From Phoronis australis (taxonomy: Eukaryota; Animalia; Phoronida), in NCBI GenBank assembly GCA_002633005.1, contig NMRA01000006.1:328677-392676 (forward strand): 64,000 bases of DNA. Direction: 5' to 3'. Position numbers and translations under genes: made by a program. Below, piece by piece: positions 25,813 through 38,341 of this stretch (positions are counted from its first letter, which is position 1; every line of letters begins with the position of its first letter). Below the pieces are notes generated by a model. That model ran no database searches and was not told where the DNA came from. It was given only the letters and a program-made list of their open reading frames with translations.

Positions 25813-26557
25813 CTGAAAAACAGATAAACCGAGAATAAACTACACACCGAGTGAAACAGAAAGTCTCATGTCTATCACATGTTGAATTAGCAGTACAGGG
25901 GAGTAAGAACCCCGCTAAATTTCACCAAACTGTGAAAGCCAAAAAAAAAAAACGGCACCTTCTTTCAAAGCCAAAAAAAACAGCACCATCTTTCAAATCT
26001 ATAAAATAACATAGAGATTTTTCTAATATAACCAGTCAACAAGGTTAATTAAAAGGACCGTTCCAGTTTAACAGCTGAAAAAGTATTTTCGGAACTACTG
26101 TTAGATGAGATTGACTTCTTAAAGTTATTTGCTTTTGATGAGAGCTATAAAATAACAAAATCCGCAATTCTAGCTGTTAGCTGTCAATCATTTGCTGAAA
26201 TCAAGGTCAATGTCTTAATCAATTATGCTTAAAGTATTCGGCCGTTTTTGAGCGAGGTTTAGTTCAGCCACGAAAGTGTTGGACTATGAGTGCTGGGGTT
26301 GCAAGGTCGAGGGACTGGGGTCTAATCTTTTTACTCAAAATTGAACTTGAAAATATAGTTTTTGATATTTTCCATTCTCCTTAAAGTGGAACATGCAGGC
26401 TAATTCCTTATCTCTGTGATTGCTTGGCCAAATTAGTTAGAACCACGACAATGTGAATATGAAGTAGGTTGAAAATTGCCAAATGTTTCTAAGAACGAGT
26501 TTTGTGGCGAAAATAATCCACCGCAAATCACTGAACCGTGTCCAGTAAGTATCGTGA

Positions 26558-26634
26558 CGTGGTGCTCAGAAATAACACAGCATGATGCAGGCTGTGTGAG
26601 CCTGCATCATGCTGTGTTATTCCTGAGCACCACG
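26558..26634. repeat. Near-perfect palindrome: 36-bp stem, 5-nt loop
   Basis: cgtggtgctcagaaataacacagcatgatgcaggct-gtgtg-agcctgcatcatgctgtgttattcctgagcaccacg; one mismatch. Confidence 0.95.
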
Positions 26635-27781
26635 AGGTACATCATTAGCTCAAAGGTCATCTATTTGCAGATTTTTTTTGTTTTCATATTTAAAAATTGT
26701 CAGTGAATACAAATGCACTTTGTTAAGCATATATTACGTTAAAATATAGTAGTTTAGTTCCCGCTATACATTGGCATAGTTAAGAATACGCAAATACATT
26801 CTGTAACACGAACTTAAGATAATCATCTATTATTTTGTGTTTTAGTATATTATGAATTATGCAACAATGAATGTGCAGTCCAAGTTAGCACTTGATGAAC
26901 CCCGGACTTGGACTGCAAATTTGAGTAAGGGGCAAAAAAGGGTGCCACACCCATCCGTGTAAATCCTGATGTACTCAAGTATAGAATAATAGACACTTAT
27001 CTTGAGTTTGAACTAAAAGTAGAACAGAAAATGTTAGTTCGATTTCGAATAAAAAGATTATTAGATTCCGGGCGGAAATCTTCAAAAAAATTTTGTTCTT
27101 GCTAGTAATTTTTTACCTAATACTTATTGTGGAAAGGGACATTTAGAGCCTCGGACCAGCAAAATGGATGTCTTCACACAAAACATCAGTCACTGCACAC
27201 CCAGCAGCAGACACACAAAACCAATCAAACAAAAATACACAAACACCACTCTAGAGATATCGACAGAAGGAAAATAACCAAGGCTAGTGTCAACAAACCG
27301 TTACCTCAAGCATTCTAGCTCTCTACATTAAACAAGATCAAACGTGTCAATAAGATCATGTCAAAAATCCTTATATGCTAAACATTGTCGAACAGAAATA
27401 GTCATACAAGGAACCTTTCACAAAGACTTTCCTCTTGTCATATATGAAGATCAATTTGTAGAATAAAGAACACAGAGTACACAACTTTCACTCAATTTCA
27501 TTTGAAAAGGTTACTGGGGATTTCGGAAAACCGGCCATTTAAAAGACAATTCGAAGGCAAACATTCGATATTAAAATAGTTTCCACATTTTTAAGTCTCG
27601 TCTGCACGCCACCTACTGGCCAAATCACGAGACCTAATGAACATACATGCATAAAAACACTTTGAATACTGAACCATTCAAAATCATCAAACCTGAACAC
27701 AATTACTTGAATTCAAAAAGACTCATGTCCATAGTTCACCTCAAAGTCGCCCAGTTCATCCAGAAACCGTTGATATGTTAC

Positions 27782-27945
27782 CTTGGCTTTAGACAACATA
27801 TCCTGGAACAGTTGGTTCTGATATTTGTCCATAGAGGTGTCATCCAGAGATGCGATGTGAGCGCCCTCTTGTTGTAGTGACCTGTATGTCTCTTCACTGT
27901 GACCAGCCTGTACGGCCTCGTTAATGCGTGCGATGGCCGACAGAA
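27782..27945 (-). CDS. IQGAP1: IQGAP exon 15 (IQGAP repeat)
   Basis: VLSAIARINEAVQAGHSEETYRSLQQEGAHIASLDDTSMDKYQNQLFQDMLSKAK; an alternative in-frame donor would extend it to 27740. Confidence 0.9.
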
Positions 27946-28793
27946 CTGCAATTAAACAAAATACGCTCCCTTCAAATTTCTAATTGATACTGTAGTCCTT
28001 GCTTCTCTAAATTCCACCTCGGTGAAAGCCCTAACAGTCTTTTTGTACTTTTGACCAACATTGGAATAGAAAAAAAAACATTGGAATGGAGAATTGTTGT
28101 TTCAAAGTAGTCTCGATGTACAAAGATAGTTAAGAAACAATCTCGTATTGGAATATTGTGTATCTGATGTTCAACACTTTGTTCAGTTATCTAGCTTGGC
28201 AAAATTCAGATGTGCTAAATCCAGTTTAATGTCAACAACAGGTAGAAGGATGGGTACTGAATGTTCACAAAGGGTGTGCATTTCTAGTGACTTGAATTTG
28301 TTGTTGAAAATGAAATACTTTTTTTTTCTTGTGTGTTTTTTATGAAACGAACTTCGCCAGCGATACCTGCCACGTATTGGAAACATAGTCTATGTTATTG
28401 CATACATATAATGAAAACAAACTGCATACATGAGTTTAGTACCTTGCGTAAATATTTTTTAAAGGCTCAGGAAAGATGAGAATTATTTATTCCTGATCAA
28501 CAAGATTTGTTCTCGTGTGTACATAATTGTTCATGTGTTTTTATTTATAATGTCAACCAGAGGTCTTATTACACAGAATATAATTGAATTGATCTAATAC
28601 GAAGTCATGGAATTCATAATAGATCATGGATGTGAGGTAAACAATACTACACAAACAAGAAATTGAAATGGAATTATCTGAACTGTTGTATTCACCCTAA
28701 CAATAGGGTCCAGTGGACCCACCTTCCAAGGGTATTGGGATCCATTACAATCCATTGGGGTCCATGAAAACGTAATGCTAGCACAGAACAATG

Positions 28794-29040
28794 TACAGCA
28801 TAAGCCAAAAGTATTGAGACAAAATGACCTAGAATTCTACGTCATGACGGCTGGGAGGAAGCCAAATCCATTGTTAGAGTTGTCTCCCCTCGTACCAGAG
28901 AATGAAGGGGAATTACCAGGAAAGTTAGAAGGCGGTTAAGCCATCCTGTAATTAGGTGTTTGCCGCCGTAATAATTATTACTGGTTATTTTTGCTGTTAG
29001 CAGATTTAGCCGTCATGATGGGAAAACGGTATTTTGCACG
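28794..29040 (+). mobile_element. Tc1/mariner-like element (family A), copy 3
   Basis: TA|CAGCATAAGCCAAAAGTATTGAGACA terminus plus the family body. Confidence 0.72.
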
Positions 29041-29192
29041 TTTGCACAAATAATCTGTCACGTCTGCTACATGTGAGCAGCCATAAATTAACAAAACCAA
29101 GCAAGCAATGTTTTAAGTATTTTATACTCTTGTCTGTCACAATGAACACTAAATCCAGCTTGGCAACTGATTGACAACTATCCGCAACTTAC

Positions 29193-29232
29193 CCGTGATG
29201 CCTCCAACAATTTCGTCAAAATCGAGATCATC
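29193..29232 (-). CDS. IQGAP1: IQGAP exon 14 (40-nt small exon)
   Basis: ttcag|DDLDFDEIVGGIT|gtaagt; bridges phase 0 to phase 1. Confidence 0.88.
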
Positions 29233-29437
29233 CTGAAATGAGAGAAAAATACAAAAAACACCATTTACTTAGTTTTCGTTACTCAATGAAACGAGATGGT
29301 TGATGTGGAATCGAGTCGGTTCCAGGCATGAATGCGTGCAAGTTTCGGGGTTCAGTGAAAATCGATATATCAAGTCGTTACTTGCAGAATATCTGTAATG
29401 CAGTTCTGAATCATGAAGAAGTAATCCAAGCACATAC

Positions 29438-29598
29438 CCCCTTCTCTTGAAGAATGCTTTGAAATTCCTCCAGATAGAGGGCACCAGCAAAGTCACACAC
29501 GGCAGGGAAGTGTGCAGATGATGACTGCAGCGCCCTCATTAGGTCAGTCACGTCATCCCTCTTCAGTGCTGTGTTCACCGAGTCCACAGCTAGTTTTT
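29438..29598 (-). CDS. IQGAP1: IQGAP exon 13 (IQGAP repeat)
   Basis: KKLAVDSVNTALKRDDVTDLMRALQSSSAHFPAVCDFAGALYLEEFQSILQEKG. Confidence 0.92.
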
Positions 29599-29884
29599 CT
29601 ACGGAAGTTAGGATGAGACACTTAATTATTGAGATGAATCACTAGTACGGCCATTAAAGGTGGCACAACCCGGCACACTGTAAAAAATTTTACTCCTTTA
29701 ACTTGAACCACTTGCCGTTAATAAAACTGGTCATGACCTGTTGCTCACACAGTTAGAAGTGACTTCTGCTCTTTAAAAAAAACAGTGCATTTGGTCTGAT
29801 GTCATTTGTGGTGCATCAGATGTGTGCAGGCCTCATGGTTGGGCCCATTGCACAAAACACCTGAGCAAAAGCACGAGAGCCCAA

Positions 29885-30121
29885 TTATGGCTCCTCGTGA
29901 AGAAAGTTTTCAAGTCTGCCAGTCTCCCTTAGGAAAACGGACAGACGTTTCCATTTGTTGCCATGCACTATATGTTGTAGGCATGTAACAGTGCCATCCA
30001 GTAGGTTGCTCCTTCTGCTCTTTGGAAGACGGTCAATAATTAGGACAGACAAAGCTGTCAGTTTCTGTGTTGAGCATAGTCTTGAGGAATACGAACGAAC
30101 TGTTAACTGTGCAGGATTCAT
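29885..30121 (-). mobile_element. Possible decayed 3' coding end of a non-LTR retrotransposon
   Basis: ETDSFVCPNY, then after a frameshift RRSNLLDG...LSVFLRETGRL. This resembles the ETxxH..CPxY..R..LL...FLxxTxRL tail of LINE ORF2 proteins. Confidence 0.35.
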
Positions 30122-30354
30122 TGACGGAATGTGGGTTTAAAACCCGCCGCGTAAATCTAAATGATTACTGCATAAAACAAACCCTTTGCAATCATATTGC
30201 TATATCTGATAAGTCTCCACTTAGTCTACACAAAAATATTGTCAAAACTCGTTTTTCCATTTTTCAAAAGCAGATTACTTTGCTACAAATAATGGAAACT
30301 TCACCAAATGTTGTCTTATCTTTTCTGTCTCATCTTTACACTTCACACTCGAAG

Positions 30355-30530
30355 TCGAGTATTCTGAGGTGATACTCATTCATTCCCATGCATACATTCA
30401 TTCACTCAATAGTAAGACTGAGCTCAGAGGAGTACTTTTTATGCAATGCTCGAGTGTCTGTCAGTAAAGCCAGGATTTGAACCCGGGGTCACTCAAATGG
30501 GAGTCCAGAGCTCAAACCACTGAGCCACAT
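30355..30530 (-). mobile_element. tRNA-derived SINE
   Basis: Minus strand has A box TGGCTCAGTGG and B box GGTTCAAATCC followed by a non-tRNA body; 3' boundary approximate. Confidence 0.6.
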
Positions 30531-30731
30531 TGTCTCCAAGCGAGACATAGAGTATATGTTTCTTAATCTTTAGTTTTGTGAAGAAATTTGACAAAATAGA
30601 ATTCCACTTCATGGCCATATTATGTGCTAAATAACTGAATAATATTAACATACATCCCTAATAAGTAGCAACTGTGTCGACACTTTCAGAGCAATTACTA
30701 CGCTTCATAATCACAAGTAGAACACTCTTAC

Positions 30732-30825
30732 TCTGGTAACCGACGTCTGCGTCCAAGTTGGCCTTGTTAATACCAAGCTGTAGCTCGTCCTTGTCTAAAT
30801 GGAGGCTCGGATCACCGTGGGATTT
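30732..30825 (-). CDS. IQGAP1: IQGAP exon 12
   Basis: KSHGDPSLHLDKDELQLGINKANLDADVGYQ. Confidence 0.92.
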
Positions 30826-32243
30826 CTGGAAGACAGAGGAATGAAAGAATAAATGGCTTTGTATGTATGAATTAGTTTATTACGCTCACACGAGTTACAT
30901 ACAAAGGTCCATTCATGGCAGAAAGAAAATATAATTTGAATCCATTATTACAGATTGGTAATTTGTTAGTGATTGGCAATCCATATAACATATATTGTAA
31001 ATCTGTCATAACGCATTCAAATTTCATTTTTGCTTGCAGTTATTGGCCTTTGTCGATACAAGTTTTTGCACACATAAAATTTTAAATGAAACAAAAAGTC
31101 CAACGAGTTACTAAAGAAATTATCGATAAACAATCTTAGGAATATATGAATATGTCAATCTTAACACAGTGTTGAAAATATGTGATGTGGCCAACAGATG
31201 GCATGTTGACCACACTTAAAATGCTTGCAATCACATGAATAAGCTCATGAAGGCAATGTACACAAAATTGAAAATTTTTCTGGACAGATTAGAAATTAGC
31301 AATTTCATCTAATCTATGCCTAATTAATTTAAGTCACTTGTCAAATATTCAGCCTAATCACATCAGGCTTTTTGTAGAGGACACCATGATGGGCGGAATC
31401 CAGAGACCGTTTTGCTCCCAGCCCCATTGGTAGTAGAGCAATCTCCCAAAAATTTAATGTCAGCAAATAGATCATTCCCACAAAGTGTTTCTTTGTTGGG
31501 ATTTTGCTAGGAACAAGCTTATTTGCAAATAGGTGACATGAGCTGATTCCAAAGTTTGTCTCCAGTCAGAAACTAGTGCTGGTCACGAGAATTGGCTCTT
31601 TGTGTGGTTTTTGCAAATGGCAGTTTTCAAATTTGGAATGTGCTACACCACAATTGTTTCAAAACATACTTGGATTATTACATAATCATCCTCTGTTCTG
31701 TTCACATTTTCCTTCACAAGAATTCGCAATCCCAAATTAAAAAGGCCAGTTCCAAAAACACGACCCCTTCGTCAGTTCACCCTTCCACCAGACGAAACAC
31801 CCCTGAAGATTATTCGCATTTTCAAATGGCATACAAGAAAAAAACTAGGCCAGGAGGTTAATTTTTGACACCTTTTTTCAACCCACAACAATAATTTCAT
31901 AGCGAAGGAATTGTCATTAAAATGAGATGGGAAACAAGGCATTTGTCTGGAACACACTGATATTTCTGCAAGCATTAGACTTCTTTCATCAACCGACTTT
32001 TTAAAGTGTTCGTCAGTACCAGGTATTATATCCAAGTTCATTTAGGCCTTTCAAGTACCACAGGTAATGTTTTGATATGGCAAAATTTAGGCAAACCTGT
32101 GTTCTACTTTCTCGAGCTCGTCCGTAAATAGTTATTTTAAGACATGTTATATGTCTGCTTGTTTCTAGCGACTACAAGCAGTAGCCTATGAGAAATGAGG
32201 AGGTACTTTACGAAAACGGTAATTGGAAAATGGCCATTCTTAC

Positions 32244-32404
32244 CTGTTTCTGTTCTCGCTCGTTCCGTAGCCTCCCCATATAGACATCTGCATTGTCGAC
32301 CTTGACCTCCTTCAGGGACAGGTGTGAACTTTGTAGTGCCTCCAGTAAGAGGTTAGAGTTACCACTGTCCAGGGCTGCGTTCACAAGTACTAGCGCCCTG
32401 TGTG
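32244..32404 (-). CDS. IQGAP1: IQGAP exon 11 (IQGAP repeat)
   Basis: AHRALVLVNAALDSGNSNLLLEALQSSHLSLKEVKVDNADVYMGRLRNEREQKQ. Confidence 0.92.
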
Positions 32405-32922
32405 CTGTGAACAGTAGAATGCTACATAAGGGTTACAGGCAAAATTAAAGCTTTCCCGTTAATACTGTTATCGAGGTGATGACAATATTATTACTGTAAA
32501 CTATTATTTAATTTAAATACAGGGAATGTGTATCAAGTCACATTCATTAATAAAATACATCTTGTATGTAACCTCACCTAATCTGTAGTTTTTTATTAGA
32601 CATTGGACATTTTTATCTCTCAGAAAACATTACTGATTTCTAGTCAAAGTAGATGACAAATTTCTTTGTACAATTTTTTGAAGACACGGATAGTTAGTAA
32701 CACGATACCTTGCCAGTAGGTGGCACAACACAAAACTTTTGACCATTCGGACAAAAAGCTCTGGTCTCCAGTTCTTTTACCAATCAAGTCAGTGGTGCAT
32801 CATTTTTGTCACTCACTTTTTCAAAATAGAAAATCCACGCGAGACATGGAAAAACGATGCAGGATTTTTTCATTTATGGCCATTAACTCGAATATTTACA
32901 GTACGAATGTCGTTTGCCTCAC

Positions 32923-33013
32923 CATTGACCTTGTTTATGTTGCCCTGTATCTCCGCCTGAGTCAGTAATTCATCGTAAACGTCGGGTTCCCATGTGCTCT
33001 CAAGGTCAACCGA
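32923..33013 (-). CDS. IQGAP1: IQGAP exon 10
   Basis: SVDLESTWEPDVYDELLTQAEIQGNINKVN. Confidence 0.95.
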
Positions 33014-35497
33014 CTGCAGAAAGTATCAAGGACATTTCAAGGTCAAACGATTTGTAAGAATTAATATGATTCTGCTAAAAGCAGAGACTAGCAATGTTGT
33101 TGAAATGAATAAAGCAACAGTATTTTTTGAAAGCACAAATTCTATCAAAAGTGTAAAACCTGAAAACCACAGTTTTATAATGCCATGGAGCTTACGTCTC
33201 AGTTGATGAACAATTTGGTGATCAGATTTTCATAGGCTAGTTATGACTTGATAACAAGAACCTGCTATTGGAAATAAAACACAAATGAATGCTTTACGCC
33301 AATGTCACAAATATGCATACATTAACAATCATAGCTCTCAATTTTTTATATTAAAAATTCAATTGCATTACGAGCTGGCAACTATTAGGGTAAAAATTCG
33401 TCAGTGTGAGATACAATATAGCAGTCAGGTGAAACTTCATTCTCAGCAAAAAATACTTTAATTTCTATTAGCATGCTTTGTATGGTATAACACGATTTGA
33501 TATTATTTTGAGCATTTGCAACAATGTGGTTAGCCTCTAAATATAAAAAGATAGCAGTTTTAGCGATTATTTTTGTTCCAAATTGAAGTACTTTTATCGT
33601 ACTTCTCAATCAAAGTCTACTTTGTACAATCAAAGTTCACTTAACTTTTGAACATGCACGTAACAAGCAAATATCATAGCAAGAGAGATACTCAGGTTTT
33701 GCAATAAAAACAAAATGACGAGGAAATGGCTATCACTTAAAACAATGCCAGTCAGAAATTGTGCTTTGAGAAAAATGTTAAAAATGTTAATGAATCCCAA
33801 TAAGAATGTACAACGTACAAGGCCGTGGTACCAAGACTTCAAGACATTAGCTTGTACTCGCGGCGAATAATCTTCCCTTGTGAAACCGAATTCAATCCCA
33901 CAATTCCACACTCCAACTTCGCAGATCGATCACTTCAGTGGCAGCCATTTTGCTGGCAAAGGCTAGTAAGCTCCGTAACACACTCGAAAAACACTTGTTT
34001 TTCACCTGCGTGATTTTGCAAGATCTTGCTTTTCTTATAAGAAAGAAAGTTTACGGAACGCTCTCTAGATAACTTCTCATTTTAAGACAGATAACATTTT
34101 AGGATGGGAGAAAACAATAAGATGGATAAAGCAAGGAATGTGGTAATTGGACCCTTTCCCGAACAGCATTTATGTAATAAAGCGGGGATTTGGACAACTG
34201 CCTACAACGCTCAAGGATTCTGGAATTAACGTGACTGTATCAAGTTCAAGCCAGGATTTTTGGAAATTATTTTGACTATGCCAATGCGCAGAGATTCAGG
34301 GTATTGCTTTAATTAAGTGTCAGGTGAAAGGATTCTGGGGAATCATTTAGACTATGTGTCATACCCAAGGTTTCAGATTAATCCCTTCATGCATAAAAAG
34401 ATCCAGCCCCTAATAACTGACAAATCACCAATTTGTAAAAGCGAACTCTTTGGACAAATAAAAACAGCAATTTGGGATCACACGATCAGGCGACCGTAAC
34501 TTTGCAGGCAAAAGCAAAATTTAACGACTAGAAAACTAACAGAAGCCACTTTGAGTAAAACATTATGCAAGGCATAAGGAAACCAACTAAGGTAAACCCA
34601 TGTAATGACCGAGGGAAACTTACCCTTGAAATTGAAAAACTAAGCAAATTTACTGACGGGTGTCTGGTGGTCTGTAGAAAATGCAATAATTAGATCCGAT
34701 TCAGAGAACACAGCACATTTTCATGCGATACAGAACTGTAACAAACCGTGACAGCATACCAGGGACAAAAAGGTGTGCCACCCCATTTTCAAACTCAATC
34801 CACCATACTCGTCCGAGTAAACACTCAGAGCGCTAAAAATGGGAACTCAAAAATCAGTGGGTGAGCGATACGCTAAGTATGGGGTTTAAAAATAATTTTT
34901 TTTGGAACTTGTGGATGAGTGTTTGTCCAGGGTGAATGCGACAAACTCTCTTGCAATAGTAAAAAAAGTTGTAGGAGACTAATTAGGGTTCTTTTCCGCC
35001 AGAATAAGGCAAGAGTCCAGTGGAAACTCTGGCTGCTCATTCCCGAAAGGTAAGCTAATTTCACACATTTTGTGAGCGTATCATTTCTGTGACCCCTGGC
35101 ACTTTCAAGAGGTCTGAATGGAATAAATTAGAGGGTGGGCAGCAAGAACAGCGACGGCATTAAAAAGAGATAAATTAAGAAATTTTGCGAGTAGGAGTTA
35201 AACGGAACATGAGAGCTAACCCATACAATAACAGTTCTTTCCACACATTTGCAGATTAATCGTTTCATAAAGATTCCACCAAACATTCTGAATTTTTAAA
35301 CTGTCATTAAAACAAAGCTAAATCTTGAAATTAAAAAAGCTTTCTATAAATCTCAATTCAATAACCACCATATTTGAACACAAAAACTTACATATTCATG
35401 AATTCTACCATGACACCCCACTCAAGCTGACCCTTGACCCCAGGGAATGGTCGTGACCCTGGGTCAACACAGCTACCACTTCACCAGAAGCTCTCAC

Positions 35498-35676
35498 CTT
35501 ATTGTGGGCATTCTCAGCCTTGATCTGTTTAGCCACGTACATCAGGTCTTGGTAGTCGTCCGCGTGTTCACTGACAATGTTGATGAGATGTGCTGCGGGG
35601 TTGCGAAGTGCCGCGAGGGTCTCGCTGGGGTCCTGCCGGTCCACAGCCTCGTTAATGGCTATCACGGCCGCATGCA
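35498..35676 (-). CDS. IQGAP1: IQGAP exon 9 (IQGAP repeat)
   Basis: LHAAVIAINEAVDRQDPSETLAALRNPAAHLINIVSEHADDYQDLMYVAKQIKAENAHNK. Confidence 0.95.
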
Positions 35677-36767
35677 CTGAGGAAAATGACCGACTAATGT
35701 CATCAAGTATCACCAACTTCAGCACTGTATGTACAGACATGCGCATGTATCTGTGTCATGTATGTTTATGATATGTATGTATGAATTTTCGCTAATTGTC
35801 TACAAAATTAATGGTAAGGGTGATTATATTGAAAAGTTATCAAGAGCGACGCAAAGTGCTGAAATGCACCAGTGACTGCACCACAAACGGTGCGCTTCTA
35901 CGGGTATTTGTTAAGAGTGATGTAATACACAAAATAGTACAAGTGACGCTTATTTGCCTAGAGGATGCCATAGGATATACACCTGTCCAAAAATTACCGT
36001 CATCCTCAGTAGGAACACATTCCTTTGATTTCGCTTATTTTTATGATCCTTCGAGCAGTTAGGCCGAGAGACAATGATGAAAATAGCCAATGTGTGGTTT
36101 AGAATACGTCAAAAATGGGAATGCATTGTCTCTTTAATAGAAATCTACTTGCAAACTTTCATAAAAATTTGCCGAAGAAACATAAAAACAGAAATAAAAA
36201 TACGAACTGCCACTAGGGGCACAATGGTAGTCAGAACATCCGAAAGGCATCGTAATTCCTTGCTATGTTCACAGGAAAACACTTGCCGAATTTCAAAAAC
36301 ATCCTGAAAGAGGTTTGAGCGATACAGTCAAGGATGACAAACATGCCGCTACGGGATGACAGAGTAGTTAAAGCCGCACAAAATAAAACGTCAGCTCTCC
36401 ATAAGAACACACCAACCAATGTCATTGAGCAGTATTGTGGATAAAGAGGCAGACGCCAAAATACATTTGAAATAGTAAAAATGGCCACTAGAGAGCGCAA
36501 AATCTGCCATATCTATCCAAAACGAGAAAATTTAATCATAAAAATCCATCAAGGAACTCCGAAGATACAAAGGTAAATGTAAAAAATAAAATTGTCACCA
36601 GAGATACTTGGCTCCACCCAAAAGATGTCATTTGTTGTCACATTCAATGGATGTCGTCCGGACGTACATCAGACACACCTCAGAAGAGATAATAGCGATA
36701 AGCAACCACATATAAATATGTGGGCGCATAAAAACCAGGGGCGATTGTCAAACCAGGTATGGAGATG

Positions 36768-37172
36768 TACAGTAACAGTTAAAAGTATCAGACAAAATGA
36801 CCCGGAATTCTCCGCCATGATGGTTAAGCGGAAGCTTAATATAATGTCAGAGTAGTCTCCCCTGATGACTGAGAATGGAGGGGAATTGGCAGATAAGTTA
36901 CTTACTCACTTGGCTAGGCCATTCTGTAATTAGAAATTTGCTGTCATATGGTTATCACCAGTAATTTTTGCTGTTTGTCTAGACGCACGTCTGGAGAATA
37001 TGCACGCTAGAGGCATCTTTAGTAAAATTGGGGAACCTATCTCTTTAGCATAATTATGGTGTGCTGATTTCGATTATGCCTGTTCCCAAGCTGGATTTTG
37101 AGTTTTTGACCATATAATTTGCATAATAACGATAACAGAATTAGCTATAATGATGGGAAAATGGTATTTTGT
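36768..37172 (+). mobile_element. Tc1/mariner-like element (family A), copy 4, with an ~160-bp insertion
   Basis: TA|CAGTAACAGTTAAAAGTATCAGACA terminus. It aligns to the 28794 copy until ~36976 and resumes at ~37135. Confidence 0.7.
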
Positions 37173-37567
37173 CGAATTACTTTTGTCTCATGATGTATAT
37201 TACAATACATTACTGTTGCAATATGTTAAATATGCAATCCACTTCACATGCAAGAATGAAATAAAAAATTGTCAGAATGCAGACAATGTTCTGCTTGGAG
37301 TTGCGAGCAAACAAACTGGATGGTTTTTGAGAAACCGATGAAATGAGCATTTGTAAAAATTAACACAAGATGCTTAAATGATCTAAACGTCTGGAATGGA
37401 GACTTTTCTTAAATTCTTAAGTTTCGTATTTTGCAATTATCGGGTCACGTGGTATGACTATGAGACCGATAACATGTGAAGTGTATTAACAGCCATGCTG
37501 TCTGCCCTGTCAGACATAGCCATGTCGTCTGCTCTATCAGACGTAGATCATGTCATGTGACACTTAC

Positions 37568-37589
37568 GTGCAGCCTCATCCACAGGCAT
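37568..37589 (-). CDS. IQGAP1: IQGAP exon 8 (22-nt microexon)
   Basis: ttgcag|ATG CCT GTG GAT GAG GCT GCA C|gtaagt gives MPVDEAA. It is needed to bridge phase 0 to phase 1 and matches the conserved xVDEAA motif. Confidence 0.92.
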
Positions 37590-37939
37590 CTGCAAATAAA
37601 AAGGAAATAATCTGATCCTAAAAATGCCATCCAGAATCAAAATCAGTGAAAAGTCAAAACAATCCAAAGTTTGCCAATGCATTGAGTGTTAAAGATGACC
37701 TAAGTCATGTTCGTAAAAAATGAAATGAAAATCACGCATTAAAATAAACGGAGCTGCATTTTAACATTCAGAACAAAGTCAAATACCTTAACAAAGCTTT
37801 AAAATTTAACTCAGTAATAAATTTTGAAGAATTTGATTTTTATTTTTTTCCAACCCATACACTGATAGGGGTGTGAAACTTTTCTTGCCAACCAATTGTT
37901 GATAATGGGTCATGGGTCATACAGCTGCCTATAGCTCAC

Positions 37940-38031
37940 CTCATTGGCCAGAATTCCACCAATCTTACTGAAGGCTGGCATCTGGATACCATATTTCTCC
38001 AGCTCTTTACGCATGGCACTGATTTCTTCGT
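37940..38031 (-). CDS. IQGAP1: IQGAP exon 7
   Basis: DEEISAMRKELEKYGIQMPAFSKIGGILANE. Confidence 0.96.
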
Positions 38032-38341
38032 CTGAAGTCAACAGCGGAGTCGGTTACTAAGAGAGCTTACACACATGGTCACTTTCATTTTTATGAGAAC
38101 GTACGCACATTTGCCAAAGTACAAGACGCTCGTTGATTCATTAATTTCAATTACTGCCTTAGAAGACAATAAGAACACAAGTTTCAGGTTATGAAGACAA
38201 TCCCATATAACCAAAGCCCCCACAGGAGTCTCTCTCTCTCTCTCAATTCACTCATTGATACTGACCCCAGCCCTAACCCTTACCCTGCACAGCTTCTATC
38301 CAGACTTCCTTCCCTATGTGCTGATCTAAGTAGGCCACAAC

